Shown: positions 1 through 9,433 of the stretch, in pieces
How the letters are laid out: every line of letters starts with the position of its first letter
Position numbering within the stretch: the first letter of the stretch is position 1
Assembly (NCBI GenBank): GCA_023484515.1
Contig: JAMDAY010000010.1
Coordinates: forward strand, 5,131-69,130
DNA length: 64,000 nt
Source: Patescibacteria group bacterium
GTDB lineage: Bacteria; Patescibacteriota; Doudnabacteria; UBA920
Direction of reading: 5' to 3'
The notes under the pieces: model-generated
Databases searched by the model: none
What the model was told of the DNA's origin: nothing
The model's input: only the letters and a program-made list of their open reading frames with translations
Position numbers and translations under genes: made by a program

Positions 1-734
1 ACAAGCTGACGCAAAGGCTGGCTTACGTGCGCAAGCATAACATTATAAAGGGCTTGCGCCCGGACGGAAAATCGCAAGTCACCGTGGAATACAATTCGGA
101 AAAACCCAAGCGCGTCCATACGGTTTTAATTGCGGCGCAGCATAATCCGGAAGCGGACTACCAAAAACTCAAACAGGAAATAGAAAAAGAAGTTATCCGC
201 AAGGTTATTCCCAGGCAGCTTTTGGACAAGCAGACCAGGATATTGGTTAATTCCACAGGCAGGTTTGTGGTTGGCGGGCCGCAAGGGGACACCGGGCTGA
301 CCGGCCGCAAAATAATCGTGGACACTTACGGGGGTATGGGCAGGCACGGTGGCGGCTGCTTTAGCGGGAAAGACCCGTCCAAGGTGGACCGGTCCGGAAG
401 CTATATGGCCCGCTATGTGGCCAAAAACCTGGTGGCAGCGGGCGTTGCCAAGAAGATAGAAGTGCAAATAGCCTATGCCATCGGCGTCCCCGAACCGCTG
501 AGCGTGCGCGTGGACACTTACGGCACGGGCAAAATTAGCGACGACGCGATTGTGGACATAATCAATAAAGTATTTGACTTGCGCCCGGGCATGATCATTA
601 AAAATTTAAACTTGCGCCGCCCCATTTACCGGCAGGTTGCGGCCTACGGGCATTTTGGCAGGAATGATTTAAAACTTCCTTGGGAACGCCTTGATAAGGT
701 AAAGGATATCCGTAAAATAATGAAGAAGAAATAA
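1..734 (+). CDS. metK: S-adenosylmethionine synthetase, C-terminal portion (5' end lies upstream of window)
   Basis: The reading frame is open from position 3. The translation contains [49 protein letters not shown] and AAYGHFGR, which are MetK hallmark blocks. The stop is TAA at 732-734. Confidence 0.95.
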   Translation, partial: KLTQRLAYVRKHNIIKGLRPDGKSQVTVEYNSEKPKRVHTVLIAAQHNPEADYQKLKQEIEKEVIRKVIPRQLLDKQTRILVNSTGRFVVGGPQGDTGLTGRKIIVDTYGGMGRHGGGCFSGKDPSKVDRSGSYMARYVAKNLVAAGVAKKIEVQIAYAIGVPEPLSVRVDTYGTGKISDDAIVDIINKVFDLRPGMIIKNLNLRRPIYRQVAAYGHFGRNDLKLPWERLDKVKDIRKIMKKK

Positions 735-832
735 CTGCCATGGCCAAAGGCCCTCCGAAGCTTTAGCGTAGGAGGGGAGAATCTGGACAAGGTTAAGGAA
801 ATAAGGAAGTTGGCGAGGATAAAAAAATAGCA

Positions 833-866
833 GTGAAAAATTTGTACAATTGTACAAATTTTTCAC
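833..866. repeat. 34-nt perfect palindrome GTGAAAAATTTGTACAATTGTACAAATTTTTCAC, about 57 nt upstream of the 923 ORF
   Basis: Read directly: the reverse complement equals the sequence itself. A near-identical twin lies at 1605-1638. Confidence 0.6.
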
Positions 867-922
867 TTGTGATAGGCTTAGCTAAAGGGAAAATTTTAAA
901 ATAAATCAAATTTAGGAGGGTT

Positions 923-1597
923 ATGCCATATGGAAACCAAATAACTTTAGGCACTGCCGTGGCGCAATCGCTGCCGGACAAAAGGATTATTAAGCTTTCG
1001 CAAAAGCAGATGCAAACGCTAAAGACTGCCACGGAAGTGACCCTGGCTGTTGTTGCCGCAGCGGGAGTAGTATCTGTTTCGGTGGTGGCTCCGAATTTGT
1101 TTTCGGCTATGGGACATTTTTTACCAAAAGGAAAGAAATACAGCGGATATAGTCATAAACAAAAGGCAAAGAAGGTAGCCGAAACTTTTTATTATTTAAA
1201 ACGGACAGGACTCGTCCGGTTCAGGCAATCGGGCACGGATTGGCTGTTGTCATTGACAGATTTGGGCAGGCGCAGGCTGCCAAAATTGGAGGTGGATTCT
1301 CTGTCGGTCACAAAGCCCAAGAAATGGGACGGATCTTGGTGGGTGGTGGCGGCTGATATTCCGACCAAAGACTGCCGTCAAGGAGCGGATTTATTGCGTA
1401 GGAAGCTAAAGCAGTTAGGTTTCTATCCGCTGCAACGGACGTTGTGGCTATATCCTTTTGACCCCCGCCGCGAGATAGAATTTATCAGCCAGGCTTTCGG
1501 GATTGCCAGATTCGTTACTGTAATGAAAATAGCCGAGCTTGATACGCAGGACCTCGCAGTCTTGAAACCTTATTTTAAAAAGCTGAATTTGCTTTAG
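923..1597 (+). CDS. hypothetical protein, possibly a PaaX-like winged-helix regulator with an N-terminal hydrophobic segment
   Basis: The ORF has an AGGAGG RBS at 913-918. The C-terminal block WWVVAADIP...LGFYPLQRTLWLYPF resembles the PaaX C-terminal domain; this is weak similarity judged by eye. Both sides are flanked by 34-nt perfect palindromes. Confidence 0.4.
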   Translation: MPYGNQITLGTAVAQSLPDKRIIKLSQKQMQTLKTATEVTLAVVAAAGVVSVSVVAPNLFSAMGHFLPKGKKYSGYSHKQKAKKVAETFYYLKRTGLVRFRQSGTDWLLSLTDLGRRRLPKLEVDSLSVTKPKKWDGSWWVVAADIPTKDCRQGADLLRRKLKQLGFYPLQRTLWLYPFDPRREIEFISQAFGIARFVTVMKIAELDTQDLAVLKPYFKKLNLL

Positions 1598-1604
1598 TCT
1601 GTTA

Positions 1605-1638
1605 GTGAAAAAATTGTACAATTGTACAATTTTTTCAC
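1605..1638. repeat. 34-nt perfect palindrome GTGAAAAAATTGTACAATTGTACAATTTTTTCAC (extends to a 40-nt palindrome TTAG...CTAA at 1602-1641)
   Basis: Read directly. It differs from the 833-866 copy at one symmetric position pair, so each copy remains individually perfect. Confidence 0.6.
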
Positions 1639-1661
1639 TAACTTAACTTTTACCGCGATTA

Positions 1662-2159
1662 TTGAGATTGCCGGGGAATGACAGGCTTCAGTTTAGGTTT
1701 AAACCTTTTGAATACTTGGCGGAAATAAGATATAATTCAAGTATGAACGAAACAAGGGAAAAATCGGAACAAATATCGCAGGACTTTAACTTGAGGGAAC
1801 GGGCTTGGAAGCTGGCCCGCGAGCGTTACAATGAGTATTTAATGAAGTGTTTTGACTTTAAAAACAAACACCCAACTTTAAAAGACAAGGTTAGGTATCA
1901 AGATTTTATTGGCAATGTATTGCAATCTTGCGTGGCTGTTCTTGGTAACCACGAAGATCCTGACAGAGATAGAAATGAGGATGATAATGGTAGCTTGCAA
2001 ACGGTAAATCAGCTATTCACCTGGCTTGGCAGGTATTTAGATCTGCTAGAAAAAAATCCTGCGGCCTTAAGACATGAACTGGATAGCAGGCAAGAAGGCG
2101 AACCATTTTTGGGTCGGGAAGACTATTTATTAATGTTGGAAAATTTAAAAGAACAATAG
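1662..2159 (+). CDS. hypothetical protein (real start may be the ATG at 1743, MNETREK...)
   Basis: ORF only; no recognisable motifs. Confidence 0.45.
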   Translation: MRLPGNDRLQFRFKPFEYLAEIRYNSSMNETREKSEQISQDFNLRERAWKLARERYNEYLMKCFDFKNKHPTLKDKVRYQDFIGNVLQSCVAVLGNHEDPDRDRNEDDNGSLQTVNQLFTWLGRYLDLLEKNPAALRHELDSRQEGEPFLGREDYLLMLENLKEQ

Positions 2160-2164
2160 AAAAT

Positions 2165-4063
2165 ATGAACAACAACCTGCCGGGCTTGGCTAAACTTATT
2201 AGGTATTATATTTTGACCTCTACCACCGAAGCGGGGAGCGGGCATCCGACTTCGTCTTTGTCTGCCGTGGAATTGATGGTTAGTTTGATGTTTGGCGGGT
2301 ATTTTAGGTTTGATTTGAATGATCCGCAAAACCCGAACAACGACCGGCTGATATTTTCCAAGGGACACGCGTCCCCGCTGTTTTATGCGCTGTATGCGGC
2401 GGCCGGGCAGGCCGAAAAATCCGTGAGCCGGAACGCCGCGCAATCACGGGTTCGCCGCGCGCTGGACCCCGCAGAACTAATGACCTTGCGCAAATTCGGC
2501 TCGCGCCTGGAAGGGCATCCTACCATGCAGTTCCCGTATACTGAAGTTCCCACCGGATCCTTGGGCCAGGGGTTGTCGGTCGGAGTGGGTATGGCAATAA
2601 ATGCCAAATATCTGGACAAATTACCCTACAAGACTTTTGTCCTGCTTGGCGACAGCGAAATGGCGGAAGGCAGCGTGTGGGAAGCCATGGCCAGCGCGGC
2701 TTTTTATAAATTGGATAATTTAATTGCCATTTTAGACGTTAACCGGTTAGGCCAGAGCAGGGAAACCATGCTGGGGCGTGACGCGGAAACTTACAAGAAG
2801 CGGGCGGAAAGTTTTGGCTGGAATACCATTGTGGTGGACGGGCATAATTTCGGCGACGTTTCCGCGGCTTACGCCTACGCGGCATCGGACAACAGCAGTA
2901 AGCCTTACATGATAATCGCCAAGACCGTAAAAGGCAAAGGCGTTTCGTTTTTGGAAGACAAGGAAGGCTGGCACGGCAAGGCTTTAACAACGGACGATCT
3001 AAAAAAGGCGTTGGAAGAATTGGGGGAAGCGGATCAAGATTTGGCGGGAGAAGTGGCAAGGCCGGAACAAGTAACAAGTAATAAGGAACAAGTAACAAGC
3101 AAGGAACAGCAGATAAAATTTACGAATTACGATAAACCGACGGCCACGCGCAAAGCTTATGGCAACGCTTTGGCAAATATTTTTGAAGCGTATCCCAATA
3201 TAGTGGCCTTGGACGGCGAAACTTCCAATTCCACCTATTCCGAGATTTTCCGCAAAGCGCATCCTGATAAATATTTTGAAATGTTCATTGCCGAGCAGAA
3301 CATGGCCGGGGTGGCCTTGGGCCTTGCGCGGCGCGGCAAAATTCCGTTCGCTTCCACTTTTGCGGCTTTTTGGTCGCGCGCTTACGACCAGATTCGCATG
3401 TCGCAATACGCGCACGCCAACGTCAAGTTTTGCGGGTCGCACGCGGGAGTATCCATAGGCGAAGACGGATCTTCACAAATGGCTTTGGAAGACATTGCCA
3501 TGTTCCGGTCCGTTTTAGGGTCAACAATTTTGTATCCGTCCGATGCCGTGTCTGCGGAAAAACTGGTTGCTGCCGCGGCCGAACATGAAGGCAACGTGTA
3601 TATTCGCACCACGCGCAAGGAAACCGCTATCCTTTACGGCCAAAATGAACAATTTCCCATTGGCGGGTCTAAAGTTTTAAGATCATCTGGAAACGATCAA
3701 ATTACCGTAGTCGGCGCGGGCATTACCTTGCACGAAGCCCTGGCCGCGCACGAGGAGCTGAAGAAAGAAGGTATTAATGTCCGCGTCATTGATTTATACA
3801 GCATTAAGCCGCTGGATGCGGAAACGCTTAAAAAAGCCGCGGCCGAAACCAAGGCAATAATCACGGTAGAGGATCACCATGCCGAAGGCGGTCTGGGCGA
3901 GGCCGTAGCTAGCGCGCTGGCAGGCGAAAAAACGGTTCAAGTAGCTATTTTAGCCGTTTCCAAAGAGCCACACAGCGCCAAGCCGGCCGAGCTGCTGGCG
4001 TATGAAGAAATAAATGCTGAGGCAATAATCAAGAAAGTTAAAGAAATCTTAAATTGCGTTTAA
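2165..4063 (+). CDS. tkt: transketolase, single-chain fusion of the N-terminal (TPP-binding) and C-terminal halves
   Basis: The N-terminal part has GHPTSSLSAVELM, DRLIFSKGHASPLFYA and FGSRLEGHP. The C-terminal part has TRKAYGNALANIF, FIAEQNMAGVA and GSHAGVSIGEDGSSQMALEDIAMFR. The halves are joined by a repeat linker EQVTSNKEQVTSKEQ, encoded by a direct nucleotide repeat at about 3061-3110. Confidence 0.9.
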   Translation: MNNNLPGLAKLIRYYILTSTTEAGSGHPTSSLSAVELMVSLMFGGYFRFDLNDPQNPNNDRLIFSKGHASPLFYALYAAAGQAEKSVSRNAAQSRVRRALDPAELMTLRKFGSRLEGHPTMQFPYTEVPTGSLGQGLSVGVGMAINAKYLDKLPYKTFVLLGDSEMAEGSVWEAMASAAFYKLDNLIAILDVNRLGQSRETMLGRDAETYKKRAESFGWNTIVVDGHNFGDVSAAYAYAASDNSSKPYMIIAKTVKGKGVSFLEDKEGWHGKALTTDDLKKALEELGEADQDLAGEVARPEQVTSNKEQVTSKEQQIKFTNYDKPTATRKAYGNALANIFEAYPNIVALDGETSNSTYSEIFRKAHPDKYFEMFIAEQNMAGVALGLARRGKIPFASTFAAFWSRAYDQIRMSQYAHANVKFCGSHAGVSIGEDGSSQMALEDIAMFRSVLGSTILYPSDAVSAEKLVAAAAEHEGNVYIRTTRKETAILYGQNEQFPIGGSKVLRSSGNDQITVVGAGITLHEALAAHEELKKEGINVRVIDLYSIKPLDAETLKKAAAETKAIITVEDHHAEGGLGEAVASALAGEKTVQVAILAVSKEPHSAKPAELLAYEEINAEAIIKKVKEILNCV

Positions 4064-4072
4064 AATACGCGT

Positions 4073-4756
4073 ATGGGTATTAAACAGCCGGACAGCTTGG
4101 CGGAAAGCTATGAAAAGCAGATTTTTCCTTTTCCGGAAGACCCTAAAAAAATCAAGGCGAGGATCCGCAATTCCGACGGCAGTGAAACAGGAAGGGAAAC
4201 CGAAAGCCAGACTGCCTCGCGGTTTTATCTGCAAAAAATCCTCCATTTGTTGCTTGCCGACAATATTCCCGACGCTTACGGATTTTCCCCCAAAGCCGGC
4301 GACGAAGGCTATCCTGAAATTATTTTGGAAAAAATGGATGTTGACAGCACTCACCGTGAAATGCAGGAGGCCAGAAACAGGCAGTTTGAGCTGGACAGGC
4401 AAAACATTTCCAGGACCGATCCGGCCAGGATGGGGCTTGTAGATTTTATTGCCGCTTTGGAAACGCGGAGAGAGCAGAATCCGCACGTGATAGAACTGAT
4501 GAACAAACTGCGGAACCTTTTCGTGGACAGGAGAGACGTCTGTTCCGGCAGGAATTACGCTTTTTACCGCAAGGGAAGCAGGGTGTGTGTTGTGTTTTTA
4601 GACAACCAGGTTGCCTGGAAATATGAAAACGGGAAGAAAAAGCCCGTGGTAAATTTTACCGCCTTAAAGCAGGCTGCGGAAGCGCTTGGCGAACCGGCCA
4701 GGAGCGAAGCATTGGGATATTACAAGCAATTATTTTCGCTTTACGAGCGGGGATAA
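4073..4756 (+). CDS. hypothetical protein
   Basis: ORF tightly following tkt (10-nt gap); no recognisable motif. Confidence 0.55.
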   Translation: MGIKQPDSLAESYEKQIFPFPEDPKKIKARIRNSDGSETGRETESQTASRFYLQKILHLLLADNIPDAYGFSPKAGDEGYPEIILEKMDVDSTHREMQEARNRQFELDRQNISRTDPARMGLVDFIAALETRREQNPHVIELMNKLRNLFVDRRDVCSGRNYAFYRKGSRVCVVFLDNQVAWKYENGKKKPVVNFTALKQAAEALGEPARSEALGYYKQLFSLYERG

Positions 4757-4786
4757 GAAAAATTTATTGGTAAAGCCGGAAATTTT

Positions 4787-5752
4787 ATGGACCGCAATTT
4801 AGCTTTGGAATTCGTGCGGGTGACTGAGGCCGCGGCGATAGCCGCGGCTAAGTGGGTTGGCAAAGGGGAAGGTAAAAAAGCGGATGGCGCGGCAGTGGAC
4901 GAAATGCGGGACCGGTTTAACCAAATTGATTTTAAAGGCACGGTGGTAATAGGCGAAGGCAGTAAGGACGAAGCGCCGGAATTGTATAACGGGGAAAAGG
5001 TGGGCAGGGGATGGGGCAAGACAGCCGATAAATCGGCTAACTACAATTTTGACTTGGCCATTGATCCTTTGGAATGCACGGACAGCGTGGCATTCGGGCG
5101 GTATAACGCCATGTCCGTTATTGCGGCGGGGGCAAAGGGCAGCTTAATGAACGCGCCGGACACGTATATGGAAAAAATCGCGGTTGGCCCGGCTGCGGCA
5201 AAGGTAATTGATTTGGATGCGCCGGTAAAAACCAATTTGTCCAAGGTTGCCAAAGTTCTGGGCAAGAAGGTTGGCGACGTGACAGTTTGCATTTTGGACC
5301 GCGAGCGGCATTTTAATTTAATCAGCCAGGTGCGCCGGGCCGGCGCGCGGGTCCGCCTTATAACTGACGGCGACGTGGCCGGGGCAGTGGCCGCCTGCCT
5401 GCCCGAAAGCGGTATAGACGTGCTAATGGGCATTGGCGGCAGCACGGAGAGCGTGCTGGCGGCAGTGCCGATAAAAATTTTTGGCGGGCAAATTTTTTGC
5501 CGGTTCAAGCCCAAGGACAAACATCATTTAAATTTGGTCAAAAGGCACGGCCTAAATACCAAGAAAATTTATTCCGCGGAAGACCTGGCCAAGGGCAGCG
5601 TATTAACTTTTACCGCCACCGGCGTCATAGACGGCCCTTTGCTCCGGGGCGTGCGCTTTGCCGACCCCGTTATTGTCACGCATTCCATGGTTGTCCGCGG
5701 CCAAAGCGGCACTGTTCGTTATATTGTTGCACATCATCAAAATATTAATTAA
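4787..5752 (+). CDS. glpX: fructose-1,6-bisphosphatase class II (GlpX family)
   Basis: The N-terminus MDRNLALEFVRVTEAAAIAAAKWVGKGEGKKADGAAVDEMR and the block VVIGEGSKDEAPELYNGEKVG align residue-by-residue with GlpX. Confidence 0.9.
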   Translation: MDRNLALEFVRVTEAAAIAAAKWVGKGEGKKADGAAVDEMRDRFNQIDFKGTVVIGEGSKDEAPELYNGEKVGRGWGKTADKSANYNFDLAIDPLECTDSVAFGRYNAMSVIAAGAKGSLMNAPDTYMEKIAVGPAAAKVIDLDAPVKTNLSKVAKVLGKKVGDVTVCILDRERHFNLISQVRRAGARVRLITDGDVAGAVAACLPESGIDVLMGIGGSTESVLAAVPIKIFGGQIFCRFKPKDKHHLNLVKRHGLNTKKIYSAEDLAKGSVLTFTATGVIDGPLLRGVRFADPVIVTHSMVVRGQSGTVRYIVAHHQNIN

Positions 5753-5760
5753 GCGCACGT

Positions 5761-6096
5761 ATGAGAAAACATTATAGCGGGTTCAACCCTAAATTGGAAA
5801 CGATAGAAAAAATTACAATTCCCGATGAAGATTTAATAGGCTGGTTGCAAAGCCTGAAAGGTTTGGACAGGCAATTTATTGATAAAATGCTAAGTTCAAA
5901 AAACGAGCGATACCGGAAAGAGTTCCTAAGGCGGGCCATGGATTTTTTTAAGTCCAGCGGCGATTTCAGCGAATTTGTAACCAGGAGGGAACAGGAATTA
6001 GGCAAAGCCATTCCAGAATCGGAAATTCCCGAATTATTTGAGGAATTCCGGCATGAAATTGAGGAGGCATTTAAACGGGCGGGATATTTTGGATAA
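5761..6096 (+). CDS. hypothetical small protein
   Basis: ORF only. Confidence 0.4.
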   Translation: MRKHYSGFNPKLETIEKITIPDEDLIGWLQSLKGLDRQFIDKMLSSKNERYRKEFLRRAMDFFKSSGDFSEFVTRREQELGKAIPESEIPELFEEFRHEIEEAFKRAGYFG

Positions 6097-6110
6097 TTAA
6101 CCAATGTTTT

Positions 6111-7133
6111 ATGATAGAACCATCAAAAATTTTAGAACTTAATAAAGTTGCCAAACAAATGGTAGCGGCGGGAAAGGGGATTCTGGCCGCGGACGAAAGC
6201 TTTAATACCATAGAAAAAAGATTTGCCAAAATCAATTTGCCTTCCACGGAAGAAAACCGCCGCGCTTACCGCGAAATGCTGTTTGCCGCGCCTGGAATTG
6301 GGGAGTATATCTCCGGCGTAATTATGTTTGACGAGACTATCCGCCAGCGCGCGACGGACGGCCATACTTTTGTTACAATTTTGGAAAAAGCCGGAGTGCT
6401 GCCTGGCATTAAGGTTGATTTGGGAACCAAGGAAATGGATGACTCGCCGAACGAAAAAGTCACCAAGGGCTTGGAAGGATTGCCTGACCGTTTGGCTCAA
6501 TATGCGCGCTTTGGCGCGAAATTCGCCAAATGGCGGGCCGTAATTGCCATTGACGAGGAATTGCCGACCGAAGCGAATATTGGGCAGAATGCCAGGGATT
6601 TGGCCAATTACGCCCTGGCCTGCCAGGAAGCGGGCTTAGTGCCTATGGTAGAACCGGAGGTGCTGATGGACGGCAGCCATACCCTGGAAAGATGCGAAGA
6701 AGTCAGTCTAAAGGTTTTGGAAGCCGTGTTTGCGGAATTAAAAAATGCGGGCGTGGCCTTTGAAGGCATGATACTTAAGACCAATATGGTGTTACCGGGC
6801 AAAGATTCGGGACAAGCTGCGGTTCCGGAAGAAATTGCCGCTGCTACGTTGGAGGTTTTTAAGAAGGCTTTGCCGAGTACCTTAGCCGGCCAGGCTTTTT
6901 TGTCCGGCGGACAAAGTGAAAAAGAAGCGACAGTTAATTTGAACGCCATAAACAAGCTGGGGCCGCATCCCTGGCCGCTGACGTTTTCCTATGGACGCGC
7001 CTTGCAGGACAGCGCCTTAAAAATTTGGGCCGGCAAGCCGGAAAACGCGCGGGCGGCGCGGGAAATTTTTCTTCATCGCGCCAAAATGAACGGCCTGGCC
7101 GCGGAAGGGAAGTATGGCGCAGAGATGGAGTAA
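6111..7133 (+). CDS. fba: fructose-bisphosphate aldolase, class I
   Basis: GKGILAADESFNTIEKRF...TEENRRAYREML...GVIMFDETIRQ matches the class I (Schiff-base) aldolase N-terminus. Confidence 0.9.
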   Translation: MIEPSKILELNKVAKQMVAAGKGILAADESFNTIEKRFAKINLPSTEENRRAYREMLFAAPGIGEYISGVIMFDETIRQRATDGHTFVTILEKAGVLPGIKVDLGTKEMDDSPNEKVTKGLEGLPDRLAQYARFGAKFAKWRAVIAIDEELPTEANIGQNARDLANYALACQEAGLVPMVEPEVLMDGSHTLERCEEVSLKVLEAVFAELKNAGVAFEGMILKTNMVLPGKDSGQAAVPEEIAAATLEVFKKALPSTLAGQAFLSGGQSEKEATVNLNAINKLGPHPWPLTFSYGRALQDSALKIWAGKPENARAAREIFLHRAKMNGLAAEGKYGAEME

Positions 7134-7287
7134 CGGGCGCCCAAAAGGGCGGCCCCTACAATGAAGTAATGCATTAATTTTTATTTTAGGGGCAGGCTTT
7201 AGCCGCCCGCCCCAAGGTTAGCGGTTAAAAAACCGCAAAAGAAAAAAATATGCTAGAATACAAATAACCTCATTAACATAAACACCA

Positions 7288-8103
7288 ATGCCAACGCCAA
7301 CAAACTTGGAAAAAACCAAACCCCGGACCGCAAAACCAAAAGCTAAAAATTTATTTCCCCATTTGCAAAATCATCTAAAAGATGACACGGTCTGCTTTGT
7401 TTCCAGCGGCCGGGAAATTTGCGTTCCCGCCGCGGAACTGGCCAAACTGTTCAGCGGCCGCACGCGCGAAGTTTCGCCGTGGACCATTTTCCGCATTATG
7501 GCGGAATTTATTAACGGGTTTGAATTTTTAAAGCGCTATAAAAAAGCCGTCAGCATTATGGGCAGCGCCCGTCCTAATTTGCAGAACGGGGTTTACCAGG
7601 AAGCCAGGGAACTGGCCTTTAAGCTGTCCAAGGCGGGTTTTGTGGTTATAACCGGCGGCGGGCCGGGAATAATGGAAGCGGCCAACAAAGGCGCATACGA
7701 AGCCGGCGGCCGCAGCGCGGGCATTAACATCAAGCTGCCGTCGGAACAGCGGACCAACGCTTACGTGAAGGAATCGGAAAGTTTTGACTTCTTTTTCACC
7801 AGGAAAGTAATGCTGGAGTTCGCTTCGCAGCTTTACGTGTTTTTCCCCGGCGGGTTCGGCACTTTGGATGAAATGTTTGAAATGGTCACCTTAATCCAGA
7901 CCAAAAAAATCGCGCCTGTTCCCATTATCTTAGTCAATAAAACTTTTTGGCAGCCGTTGTTGGACTGGATTAAGAATACAATTTACGGACAGAACAAGGC
8001 CATAGACGAAAAAGACATGGAAATTTACCACCTGGTGGACAGCGCCGAGGAAGCGTACGAGGTAATTAAGGAACTGACCAAGAAAAAACACCTATTTAAC
8101 TAA
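7288..8103 (+). CDS. LOG family protein (TIGR00730 Rossmann-fold nucleotide-binding; cytokinin riboside 5'-monophosphate phosphoribohydrolase-like) with a roughly 70-aa N-terminal extension
   Basis: SIMGSARPN...VITGGGPGIMEAANKGAYEAGG...GGFGTLDEMFE are LOG-family motifs. The start codon is uncertain. Confidence 0.8.
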   Translation: MPTPTNLEKTKPRTAKPKAKNLFPHLQNHLKDDTVCFVSSGREICVPAAELAKLFSGRTREVSPWTIFRIMAEFINGFEFLKRYKKAVSIMGSARPNLQNGVYQEARELAFKLSKAGFVVITGGGPGIMEAANKGAYEAGGRSAGINIKLPSEQRTNAYVKESESFDFFFTRKVMLEFASQLYVFFPGGFGTLDEMFEMVTLIQTKKIAPVPIILVNKTFWQPLLDWIKNTIYGQNKAIDEKDMEIYHLVDSAEEAYEVIKELTKKKHLFN

Positions 8104-8189
8104 TGACAAAAATTAAAAAAGTGACAAAAGTGACAAAATTTAATCCTTGGTAATTTTTATTATTTTTGTCATTTTTGATCATTTGATTT

Positions 8190-9059
8190 ATGAGCCCCCA
8201 AGAATTAAAAACTAAAATTTTTCTGGATTCCGGCGACCCGAAAGAGACGCGAGAAGTTTTGGACATGCTGGGTTTTTTGGACGGGCAAACCACCAACCCG
8301 TCCTTGATTGCCAAGAACCCGCAAGTCCAGGCCAGGCTGGCTAAGGGAGAAAAATTCTCCCAGGAAGAAGTTTTAAACTTTTACCGGGCCGTAGTTAAGG
8401 AAGTGTCAGGCCTGATTCCGCAAGGATCCGTATCAATAGAGGTTTATGCCGACGGCAATACTTCGGCTGGACAGATGTTAAACCAAGGCCGGGAATTTTT
8501 TAAATGGATACCGAACGCGCACATTAAATTCCCGACCACTGCGGAAGGGCTGAAAGCCGCGGAAGCGGCGGTAAAAGAAGGAATACGGGTGAACATGACC
8601 TTGGTATTCAGCCAGGAACAGGCAGCAGCGGTTTACGCGGCAACGCGCGGCGCCGGACCGGGCGGCGTATTCGTTTCGCCGTTCATTGGCCGGCTGGATG
8701 ACAGGGGAGAGAACGGCATGGATTTAATTGCCAATATCCGCAAGATGTACCAAAGCGGCGACGGCCACGTGCAGGTTTTGGCAGCCAGCGTAAGATCTTT
8801 AAGCCACTTTACGCAATCCCTGGCGCTTGGCGCGGACATAATTACCGCGCCGCTTAAGGCCATTAAAGAGTGGGCGGAGGCGGGAAAGCCAACTTCTCCC
8901 CAGCCCTCCCTTCAAGAGGGGAGGGAAGGGTTGCGCCCCATACCTTTTCAAGAAATTAATCTAGGCAAACCCTGGCAGGAATATAACATTAAACACGAAC
9001 TGACAGACAAAGGCATAGAAAAATTTGCCGCGGACTGGAACAATTTAATTCAACGGTAA
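8190..9059 (+). CDS. tal: transaldolase (short type) carrying a roughly 35-aa insertion near the C-terminus
   Basis: FLDSGDPKE...TTNPSLIAK...VSPFIGRLDD...HELTDKGIEKFAADWN. The insert EWAEAGKPTSPQPSLQEGREGL... contains the palindrome CCCTCCCTTCAAGAGGGGAGGG at 8904-8925. Confidence 0.9.
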   Translation: MSPQELKTKIFLDSGDPKETREVLDMLGFLDGQTTNPSLIAKNPQVQARLAKGEKFSQEEVLNFYRAVVKEVSGLIPQGSVSIEVYADGNTSAGQMLNQGREFFKWIPNAHIKFPTTAEGLKAAEAAVKEGIRVNMTLVFSQEQAAAVYAATRGAGPGGVFVSPFIGRLDDRGENGMDLIANIRKMYQSGDGHVQVLAASVRSLSHFTQSLALGADIITAPLKAIKEWAEAGKPTSPQPSLQEGREGLRPIPFQEINLGKPWQEYNIKHELTDKGIEKFAADWNNLIQR

Positions 9060-9072
9060 CAGGCGGCAAAAA

Positions 9073-9089
9073 CAAAGGTGCCCTTTGTT
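9073..9089. terminator. putative bidirectional hairpin terminator (CAAAGG-TGC-CCTTTG); T-run follows on the minus strand, TTGGTATTTATT follows on the plus strand
   Basis: Read directly; it lies between the tal stop and the tRNA-Pro 3' end. Confidence 0.4.
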
Positions 9090-9169
9090 GGTATTTATTC
9101 TTTAAGCCGTGCCTGCACTTCCTACTTTGCTGAAGCTTCGTAGGATAAATCGTAGCTTTAGCGAAGAAG

Positions 9170-9243
9170 TGGTCGGGCTGCTGGGAATTGAACCCAGTCT
9201 ACCTGCTCCCAAAGCAGGCGTACTACCGGTATACTACAGCCCG
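9170..9243 (-). tRNA. tRNA-Pro (anticodon TGG), CCA encoded
   Basis: The reverse complement folds manually into a cloverleaf. Acceptor CGGGCTG/CAGCCCG, anticodon stem CCTGC/GCAGG, loop TTTGGGA, T-arm CTGGG-TTCAATT-CCCAG, 74 nt. Confidence 0.9.
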
Positions 9244-9259
9244 TATATAAGTGTATTTT

Positions 9260-9359
9260 AATGAGGGCCGTCCTCTGGGATTATTATTCTTAAGATCGTT
9301 TGGTAATAATCATAGTCTAATAATCTAAAATCTGTTTATCCCAGAGGACGGCTCTCATT
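9260..9359. repeat. MITE-like element copy 1 (diverged): 22-bp terminal inverted repeats AATGAGGGCCGTCCTCTGGGAT / ATCCCAGAGGACGGCTCTCATT around a roughly 56-bp AT-rich core
   Basis: The inverted repeat has one mismatch. The core (CTGGGA..TTCTTAAG..TTTGG..TAATCTAAA..TTATCCCAGAG) is related to the copies at 18086-18179 and 62422-62515. Confidence 0.5.
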
Positions 9360-9404
9360 ACCTTTGAAATTGTTTCCTTCTAATTTTACCATTAAATTTC
9401 CTTT

Positions 9405-9433
9405 TTGACAAAAAACAGCAATTATACTATAAT
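9405..9433 (+). promoter_or_regulatory. consensus sigma70-type promoter: TTGACA, 17-nt spacer, TATAAT
   Basis: The -35 is at 9405-9410 and the -10 at 9428-9433, with a spacer of exactly 17 nt. The next ORF on this strand starts at 10081. Confidence 0.6.

Noticed and set aside
7134-7287. Possible terminator hairpins (GGGCGCCC...; GCGGTT-AAAA-AACCGC) after fba
   Set aside because: The stems are imperfect or lack a downstream T-run on the + strand. Not confident enough to annotate.
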